Source of the DNA: a virus
Lineage: Duplodnaviria > Caudoviricetes
Direction: 5' to 3' (one strand)
Length of the DNA stretch: 64,000 nucleotides
IMG/VR virus record: IMGVR_UViG_3300020704_000001
Span: 1 to 64,000 of that record
Each line of letters starts with the position of its first letter. Position 1 is the first letter of the stretch. The notes beneath the pieces were generated by a model. That model was not told where the DNA came from. It saw only the letters and a program-made list of their open reading frames with translations, and did no database searches. Made by a program: the position numbers and the translations under genes. Positions 57,573 to 64,000 of this stretch are shown here, piece after piece.

Positions 57573-58664
57573 ATGTCAAAAGAAAAAAATTTGAATCTTT
57601 CTGAAGCTGCATTAGAGATTCTGAACACAAACGTAAAAACAAAAGATGCTAGCCAAGATAAATTCGGCCAAGGCGAAAAATTAAAAGATACAGTAAATAA
57701 AAGTGCTTCTGATATCGGAAGTGCAAGTTTTGCAGAATATGATTTGAAAGATGTTCCTACTGCAACTGCTCCAGGAGAAACTCCTCCTGTTGGCTCAGAA
57801 CCAATTAAAAAATTAGCTCCTCAACCAGCAGAAACTTCAACAGCTGTTGATACTAAAGTTGACCAATTACCTAAAAAGGGAAAATTTGTTAACGAAGAGG
57901 AAGAAGTTGATGAAACTGAATCTGAAGAAGAAGTTAATGAAGATATCGAAGCATTAATGGCTGGCGAAAACCTTTCTGAAGAATTTAAAAAGAAAGCTAC
58001 TGCTATCTTTGAAGCTGCTGTTAAAGCAAAAGTTTCTGAATTAGCTGAAGAATTAGAAGCACAATATGTTGCTCAATTCGAAGAAGCTTATGAAGAAATG
58101 AAAGAAGATTTCTCAACAAAAGTAGACGAATATTTAGATTACGTTGTTGAATCTTGGTTAGAAGAAAATACTCTTGCTATTGAATCAGGTCTAAGAACTG
58201 AAATAGCTGAAGGTTTTATGGAATCATTAAAAGCAGTGTTCGAAGAGCACTATATTGATATCCCTGAAGAAAAATTTGATGTAGTTGAAAGTTTAACTTC
58301 TAAAGTAGAAGTTTTAGAAAAACAAGTCAATGAAGAAATGACAAAAAACATTAACTTGAAACAAAAATTGTCAGAACAAAAGAAAGTAGAAGCTCTTCAT
58401 GCAGTTTGTGAAGGATTAACTTTATCTCAAGCAGAAAAAATTAAATCTATCGCCGAGGGTGTAGAATTTGTTTCTGATGAAGATTTCGTAAATCAAATGG
58501 AAGACATTAAAGAATCTTATTTCTCTACTGCTACTTCTGTTAAACCCGCTTCGAAAGAATCTTTGAACGATGTAGTAGAATTAATCGAAGAAAAAGAACA
58601 AAAAGTTGTTGATCCAGTTATCGCAGCTTATGCTTCTAAAATTTCTCAAACACTATTAAAATAA
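57573..58664 (+). CDS. 22: Prohead scaffold gp22
   Basis: LSEEFKKKATAIFEAAV, YLDYVVESW..EN..AIE.G, KESYF. Confidence 0.93.
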   Translation: MSKEKNLNLSEAALEILNTNVKTKDASQDKFGQGEKLKDTVNKSASDIGSASFAEYDLKDVPTATAPGETPPVGSEPIKKLAPQPAETSTAVDTKVDQLPKKGKFVNEEEEVDETESEEEVNEDIEALMAGENLSEEFKKKATAIFEAAVKAKVSELAEELEAQYVAQFEEAYEEMKEDFSTKVDEYLDYVVESWLEENTLAIESGLRTEIAEGFMESLKAVFEEHYIDIPEEKFDVVESLTSKVEVLEKQVNEEMTKNINLKQKLSEQKKVEALHAVCEGLTLSQAEKIKSIAEGVEFVSDEDFVNQMEDIKESYFSTATSVKPASKESLNDVVELIEEKEQKVVDPVIAAYASKISQTLLK

Positions 58665-58698
58665 AAATACTTTAGAAAATAAAAAGGAGTTGTAAAAA

Positions 58699-60021
58699 AT
58701 GGCATTATTAAACGAAGAATTAAACCTAAAATGGGGTCCAATTTTAGAGCACCCTGAATTAACTAGCATTTCTGATCCATATAAAAAAGCAGTTACTGCT
58801 ATTATTTTAGAAAATCAACAAAATGCAATGGATGCTGATCGTCAAACTTTGAACGAAACAACAACTAACGTTGCTGGTGGTATTTCAAATTTTGATCCAA
58901 TCTTAATCAGCTTAGTACGTCGTGCGCTTCCTAACTTAATTGCTTATGATATCGCTGGCGTTCAACCAATGACTGGCCCAACTGGTTTGATCTTTGCATT
59001 ACGTTCACGTTACGGTTCACAATCTGGCGCCGAAGCTTTCTACAATGAAGCTAATACTATCTTCTCTGGTATTATTGGTAATACTCCAGCAGGTAATACT
59101 GGTTCTACTACTGCTTCTGCTGCTTCTGCAAATAGTGCTGTTGATTCTACTGGTCCATTAGCTTTATCTAGTTTTGATACTGGTACTGGTTTAACTACTG
59201 CTTTGGGTGAAGTTTTAGGTGCATCAAACGCTTTCCCTGAAATGGGTATCTCTATCGAGAAAGTAACTGTTTCTGCTAAAACTCGTGCATTGAAAGCTGA
59301 GTACTCTTTAGAAATGGCACAAGACTTAAAAGCAATTCATGGTCTTGACGCTGAAACTGAATTGTCTAATATTCTTTCTACTGAAATTTTATCAGAAATC
59401 AACCGTGAAGTTATCCGTACTATCTACACTGTAGCTAAAGCTGGTGCTCAATTCGGTACTGTAACTCCTGGTATATTTGATTTAGATACTGACTCAAATG
59501 GTCGTTGGTCAGTTGAGCGTTTCAAAGGTTTGATTTATCATATCGAAAGAGAAGCTAACCAAATCGCGAAAACTACTCGTAGAGGAAAAGGTAACATCTT
59601 AATCGTTTCTTCTGATGTTGCTTCTGCTTTAGCAATGGCTGGTGTATTACAATATACTCCTGCTCTTTCTGCTGATCTACAAGTAGATGACACTGGAAAT
59701 ACTTTTGCTGGTTTGTTACATGGTCGTATCAAAGTTTATATCGATCCTTATTTTGGTGGTTCTGCACAAAACGTAGAATTATGTACTGTTGGTTATAAAG
59801 GTACTTCTCCTTATGATTCAGGTTTATTCTACTGCCCATACGTTCCTTTACAAATGGTTCGTGCAGTTGATCCTTCAACTTTCCAACCAAAAATTGGATT
59901 TAAGACTCGTTACGGTTTAGTTGCTAATCCTTTTGCTGAAGGTTTAAACCAAGGTTTAGGACAATTAAATGCTCGTGCAAACTTATATTACAGAATTTTT
60001 GCTATCAAAAACTTAATGTAA
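58699..60021 (+). CDS. 23: Major capsid protein gp23
   Basis: GVQPMTGPTGLIFALRSRY, RALKAEYSLEMAQDLKAIHGLDAE, FYCPYVPL, FQPKIGFKTRYG. Confidence 0.98.
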   Translation: MALLNEELNLKWGPILEHPELTSISDPYKKAVTAIILENQQNAMDADRQTLNETTTNVAGGISNFDPILISLVRRALPNLIAYDIAGVQPMTGPTGLIFALRSRYGSQSGAEAFYNEANTIFSGIIGNTPAGNTGSTTASAASANSAVDSTGPLALSSFDTGTGLTTALGEVLGASNAFPEMGISIEKVTVSAKTRALKAEYSLEMAQDLKAIHGLDAETELSNILSTEILSEINREVIRTIYTVAKAGAQFGTVTPGIFDLDTDSNGRWSVERFKGLIYHIEREANQIAKTTRRGKGNILIVSSDVASALAMAGVLQYTPALSADLQVDDTGNTFAGLLHGRIKVYIDPYFGGSAQNVELCTVGYKGTSPYDSGLFYCPYVPLQMVRAVDPSTFQPKIGFKTRYGLVANPFAEGLNQGLGQLNARANLYYRIFAIKNLM

Positions 60022-60028
60022 TAGAAAC

Positions 60029-60074
60029 TATAACTTCGGTTATATTAGGAAAGGGGCTGAAAAGCCCCTTTTTT
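60029..60074 (+). terminator. C(UUCG)G hairpin followed by a bidirectional intrinsic terminator after gp23
   Basis: TATAAC-TTCG-GTTATA (60029-60044); AAAGGGGCT/AGCCCCTTT plus T run. Confidence 0.85.
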
Positions 60075-60078
60075 ATGC

Positions 60079-61419
60079 TTAAAAGAAAGAATCAAAAGTA
60101 ACAATTTCTTCTTCAATAAAATGATCTTTCCATAATTTATCAGCAACCCTTTTTACTTCAGGATTCTCTTTTCCAACAAGGGGTTGTTCATATTCTCCGC
60201 TATTATTACCTCCAAATGCAAGATTAATGAATTGTGAAGCAATAGTTTTTCTATCAAACGATAAAAGTTTCTTTTGATTGTTTTTAATAATTTTAAGATA
60301 ATCTTTTTCATTAATATTAAAATATTGATTGATAAGATCACCAAACTCTTTTGGTGTTGCATCATGAGGAATCATTAAATAATTTTCGTTTGGTTTAAAT
60401 ACTTCACCAATACCTTTTTCGTTGTCTGAAACTCCAAAATTTCTAGCAATAGGGACAACACCATTAAGCATAGAATCAACAATTACTCTATTAAAATGTT
60501 CTCCATAATTCATAGACCAACTAGGATCTAATAAAAATTTACATGTATCAAGAATTTCGTCACGCTTATTTTCGGTAATAAATCCAATATATGAGAATTT
60601 TCCTGAATTTGCAGCATTGTCCCAAATTGGCATATTTAATCTATCACTACCAGCATTTGGATCTAATTGTTTTGTACAATGATATTCTGGCTTACACTTA
60701 TCAACGGAAGTCATATAATTCCTTTCAATCCCATCACCAGCTACAATAACATATCCATCAATATAGGGAACTGCTGCAATTAAATCATCAACCCTTTTCC
60801 ACCGCTTAAATGTTTGTAAAGATAAAATTTTATCTTCTTTTAAAGCAAAAGATGGTATTTTCTGTTTTGATAAATCTTGAGGATTTAAAATTAAATTTCT
60901 TGGAACAGTTAAAAAATTAGCTGATTTTACTGCTGATGGGTGAACACAAGCAAGACCTGAAAATTTATGTTGAAATTTATATATCCAAGAATAATTCTTA
61001 ATAAGATTTCCGTCATGAATAACAACAATTTGTTTTGCTGTTACATCTTCAATCATTGGAGTCCAATCAAGAAAGTGTTCTGTTTCTGAATTTTTAAACC
61101 CAAAAATAGATTGCCAAATAACCAAATCATGTTTATTTGCATCTTCCACAAATCTAGAAATTTCATTAGTGTTCTTTAAAGCATAATACGGACAAATCCA
61201 ACCCTTTCCTTGATGGACTGGATATCCAGTCCCCACACCAATCTCATATCCTTCTTTTAAAGAATAATCAAGATCTCCTTTCTGAGGAGTTTTTGTTGGT
61301 TTCACAAATGCAAATGTCACATCATGACCAAGTTCTTTTAATCCAGCACATAACTGCTCATTATGATTAATAATTCCACCAAAATTATTAAACACATGCA
61401 TAACTACAAATATTTTCAT
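60079..61419 (-). CDS. GT-B fold glycosyltransferase, probable DNA glycosyltransferase
   Basis: FGGIINH..L..GL..LGHDV, KRWKRVDDLI, VAGDG, EHFNRVIVDSMLNG.VPI. Confidence 0.8.
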   Translation of the reverse strand: MKIFVVMHVFNNFGGIINHNEQLCAGLKELGHDVTFAFVKPTKTPQKGDLDYSLKEGYEIGVGTGYPVHQGKGWICPYYALKNTNEISRFVEDANKHDLVIWQSIFGFKNSETEHFLDWTPMIEDVTAKQIVVIHDGNLIKNYSWIYKFQHKFSGLACVHPSAVKSANFLTVPRNLILNPQDLSKQKIPSFALKEDKILSLQTFKRWKRVDDLIAAVPYIDGYVIVAGDGIERNYMTSVDKCKPEYHCTKQLDPNAGSDRLNMPIWDNAANSGKFSYIGFITENKRDEILDTCKFLLDPSWSMNYGEHFNRVIVDSMLNGVVPIARNFGVSDNEKGIGEVFKPNENYLMIPHDATPKEFGDLINQYFNINEKDYLKIIKNNQKKLLSFDRKTIASQFINLAFGGNNSGEYEQPLVGKENPEVKRVADKLWKDHFIEEEIVTFDSFF

Positions 61420-61431
61420 TTAATTCTCGCC

Positions 61432-62850
61432 TCAGAAGAAATCTTCAATACCATTTAATTCAAATGATTTTTTTAACCATGGATGATGTTTTTCTAACCA
61501 TTCATCACCTTGATCGCCTTTGGATTTTAAATAATCATACCACTCTTTTGCTCTAGCATAATCGTGATGTTTGTCTTCAGAGTCAGCCCACATTCCTGGA
61601 CTTATTCCATTCCAACGGTTTCTTTGTTCTGGATGATCTTTGTTTAATCTTCTTGATTCAACAAATATTCTTCTTTCTTGTTCATACTCAAAAGAACCTA
61701 ATTCAGCCATAGATTCATGAGTAAATGCAATTATTGATAATCTTTCTGCATCAGGATCCTCAAGAACAATTGGTGTATTTCCATGTAAACCAACAGTATT
61801 TAAAACTAATAATAAATCTCTTGGTCTAACATTTACAGCATAACCAATTTCAGGGAATGTTAGATAACCACCAGAAAACTTATCATTATTGCTCATGACA
61901 CATAAATTTGCCATCCCTAATTCCATATTCTTGGCGTCATGATGTGCTGCAGTTCTAAAATTACGATTCACAGTTACTGTTGTAAATGGAGTTCCTGGAA
62001 CTCGAAATTTAGAATCAATTTTTTCTGCTACTTCCATTTGATTACTAAATCTCCATGGAAGTAATTCTTTAAATCCTTTAGATAAGGATTGTAAAAATGG
62101 ATATGCTAATGCAAATTCTTCTGGATTATCTCTGGTATAAGATGTTGCTCTACCATATGGAATTCTTGGATATCTTGAATACCAACCAGAAATGCCACTA
62201 TTAACAACATTAGCATAAGTTGTATCGCTAATATAATTATCTAAAATATCTTGTGCTTTCTTTTTTGCAATATCTACCTCTTCGTCACACAATGAATTTG
62301 CAAAATCATCAAATATAAAATTATTTGCTTTGATTTTTTCGGTCAACCAAACAACACCCCTACTCTCATCAGATTTTAATGTTTTATATTTCTCTCTAAT
62401 TATATTAATTTCTTTTCTTGGATTTCTTTCTCCAAAAATATCAGAAATATTATTTTTTAAAAAATGTTCAAGAATATCGAATTGCTCATCTGTAACCCAT
62501 TCTCTTCCGCCACATGTACCTGTTCTTGGTCCACCAGCAATACCTCTATTTTGAGTTTCAACTGCTGCTTCTCGTAATCCAGCATAAGCTGAATCAGCTT
62601 CTTCTTGTGTAAAGAAGTTTTTACGGAATTTAAAAACAATATTTTTTTCGTTCAACCCCTTTCCACAATGCCCACAATCCATATTTTTTTCACAATTTTC
62701 TTCAGCTGTGAAATCAGCACAATCTGGTGGTAAATATATATCACAATCTTCTTCTATCAATGTATGATAATGTGAATCATCTAACCATTGACCTATTAAA
62801 TCTGGTCTTGGTATAACTTCTTCAGGTTTTAATACAATTACTTTTGTCAT
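61432..62850 (-). CDS. TET/JBP-family 2OG-Fe(II) dioxygenase
   Basis: PFTTVTVNRNFRTAAHHD (HxD), GGYL.FPE, GLHGNTP (distal His), ERLSII (2OG-binding Arg). Confidence 0.8.
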   Translation of the reverse strand: MTKVIVLKPEEVIPRPDLIGQWLDDSHYHTLIEEDCDIYLPPDCADFTAEENCEKNMDCGHCGKGLNEKNIVFKFRKNFFTQEEADSAYAGLREAAVETQNRGIAGGPRTGTCGGREWVTDEQFDILEHFLKNNISDIFGERNPRKEINIIREKYKTLKSDESRGVVWLTEKIKANNFIFDDFANSLCDEEVDIAKKKAQDILDNYISDTTYANVVNSGISGWYSRYPRIPYGRATSYTRDNPEEFALAYPFLQSLSKGFKELLPWRFSNQMEVAEKIDSKFRVPGTPFTTVTVNRNFRTAAHHDAKNMELGMANLCVMSNNDKFSGGYLTFPEIGYAVNVRPRDLLLVLNTVGLHGNTPIVLEDPDAERLSIIAFTHESMAELGSFEYEQERRIFVESRRLNKDHPEQRNRWNGISPGMWADSEDKHHDYARAKEWYDYLKSKGDQGDEWLEKHHPWLKKSFELNGIEDFF

Positions 62851-62879
62851 TTTTTGATCCTATTAATATTAATACTCAT

Positions 62880-62908
62880 AGTTTACTATACTTTTTAAAT
62901 AAAGTAAA
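62880..62908 (-). promoter_or_regulatory. Possible sigma70-type promoter for the dioxygenase-glycosyltransferase operon
   Basis: TTTACT-17nt-TAAACT; CTAAATA also at 62920-62926 on - strand. Confidence 0.45.
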
Positions 62909-62931
62909 GCGCTTTTTGTTATTTAGAAAAA

Positions 62932-62939
62932 TATAAATA
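62932..62939 (+). promoter_or_regulatory. Late promoter TATAAATA for gp3
   Basis: Exact consensus. Confidence 0.8.
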
Positions 62940-62964
62940 TAGTAATAAAACAAAGGAACTTAAA

Positions 62965-63495
62965 ATGGCTGCACAAGACTTTTCTCCATGTGATCAAGAT
63001 ATTTTGCAATCTGCAAAATTTATCTTTACTATTCCTAGATTAACCTCTACACAATTCTTTTGTCAGGCAGCAAATATTCCTGGAATATCAACACATGCAA
63101 AATATCAAACTACTACATTTTTAGACCTAGCAATTCCAGGCGATAAAATAATTTTTGAGGATTTAAATATAGAATTTTTGTTAGATGAGGAATTGCAGTC
63201 ATGGATTGGAATAAGTGAATGGATGCGGGGTATTGCGTTTCCTGAAAATTTTGATCAATATATAAATTTAAGGCATCAATCAAAATATAGTGAACGAGTA
63301 GAATTCCCTCAATATGCTGATGCAGAATTGGTTGTTTTATCTTCATCAAATCAACCAACAGTAAAAGTATATTTTAAAGATTTATTTCCTATTTCTTTAT
63401 CTGCGATAGACTTTGATATAAGATTGAGTTCTGAAAAAGTAATGACAGCATCTGCGTCCTTTAAATATAAAAGGTATGATGTAGAAATATTGTAG
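62965..63495 (+). CDS. 3: Tail tube terminator / completion protein gp3
   Basis: FFCQAANIPGIS, PGDKI, FLLDE, FKDLFPISLS, ASFKY. Confidence 0.9.
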   Translation: MAAQDFSPCDQDILQSAKFIFTIPRLTSTQFFCQAANIPGISTHAKYQTTTFLDLAIPGDKIIFEDLNIEFLLDEELQSWIGISEWMRGIAFPENFDQYINLRHQSKYSERVEFPQYADAELVVLSSSNQPTVKVYFKDLFPISLSAIDFDIRLSSEKVMTASASFKYKRYDVEIL

Positions 63496-63528
63496 TACCT
63501 ATATAAATTTATTTGAGAATTAATTATT

Positions 63529-63969
63529 ATGCTAAAACTTGATCAAATCATTGAGGAATGGAAATCTGATTGTAAAATAGATGAAACAGACCCTCAACAC
63601 GAACTAATAAAAACCCCATTGCTCCATGCAAAATATATTGAAATATTGTCTCAACAAAGACTAGCATCACATAAAATGAAATTTAACCACTCAAAAATGA
63701 AAAAAATCAGAAGGGAATATTATTTTGGGAATTTAGACAAAGAAACCCTTGATGAATATGGGTGGGAGCAGTTTGATCTTAGGATTGGAACTAAAGGTAA
63801 TGTAGATTACTACTTAGATTCAGACGAGAATTTAATAAGACTTCTTGAAAAAAAAGCTTATTATGATGAATGTGTATCAATATGCGAATCAATTCTAAAA
63901 GAATTGTCTGCTCGTACTTGGCAACTCAGGGAATTTATGCAATATAACAAATTTTTGGCTGGTGGATAA
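63529..63969 (+). CDS. uvsY: Recombination mediator UvsY
   Basis: W..DCKID, P.LHAKY, REYY.G, R.WQL...KFLAG; gp3-uvsY-uvsW order. Confidence 0.88.
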   Translation: MLKLDQIIEEWKSDCKIDETDPQHELIKTPLLHAKYIEILSQQRLASHKMKFNHSKMKKIRREYYFGNLDKETLDEYGWEQFDLRIGTKGNVDYYLDSDENLIRLLEKKAYYDECVSICESILKELSARTWQLREFMQYNKFLAGG

Positions 63970-64000
63970 TGATAGAAGTACATAAAATAAACGAATCCTT
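63969..64000 (+). CDS. uvsW: Start of helicase UvsW (partial)
   Basis: MIEVHKINES, TAATG-coupled to uvsY; assignment rests mainly on gene order. Confidence 0.6.
   Translation, partial: MIEVHKINES

Noticed and set aside
50488-60021. Introns, inteins or homing endonucleases in terminase, portal, sheath or capsid genes
   Set aside because: All are continuous and of ordinary length; no HNH, GIY-YIG or LAGLIDADG ORF recognised.
441-63358. Many short antisense or alternate-frame ORFs in the track (e.g. 1688-2173, 15811-16224, 40305-40712, 50195-50599, 51110-51559)
   Set aside because: They overlap well-supported genes, lack SD sites and are the expected shadows of biased codon usage.
1-64000. 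tRNA genes and host assignment
   Set aside because: No cloverleaf recognised by eye; no photosynthesis or other host-diagnostic genes, so the host cannot be named.

Overview
AT-rich 64 kb segment of a T4-like (T4-superfamily, cyanophage/freshwater-type gene order) myovirus genome. Left part (~1-14.8 kb): replication and accessory genes (rnh, topoisomerase II gp52 and fused gp39/60, PhoH, exonuclease, SleB-like hydrolase, gp33, gp59, gp32) under consensus sigma70 promoters, plus a ~650 bp structured non-coding region at 9.2-9.85 kb. Remainder: an essentially complete virion module (tape-measure-like protein with a GH73 domain, gp51/gp26, gp54, gp2, gp4, gp48, gp53, hub, gp5, gp25, gp6, gp7, gp8, split DUF4815-like protein, a tail-fibre cassette with duplications, gp13-gp23) under TATAAATA late promoters, then a counter-oriented TET/JBP dioxygenase + glycosyltransferase pair, gp3, uvsY and the start of uvsW. 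Best leads: (1) the TET/JBP + glycosyltransferase pair, a likely DNA hypermodification system with no adjacent methyltransferase and with clamp-binding-like C-termini; (2) a likely -1 programmed frameshift fusing gp26 and gp51 directly upstream of the tape-measure-like gene; (3) a promoter-driven ~550 nt structured transcript ending in GCGAAGC mini-hairpins (ncRNA or primer-type origin); (4) a direct-repeat-bounded tail-fibre cassette. All assignments come from motif recognition and gene order by eye; no database searches were run.
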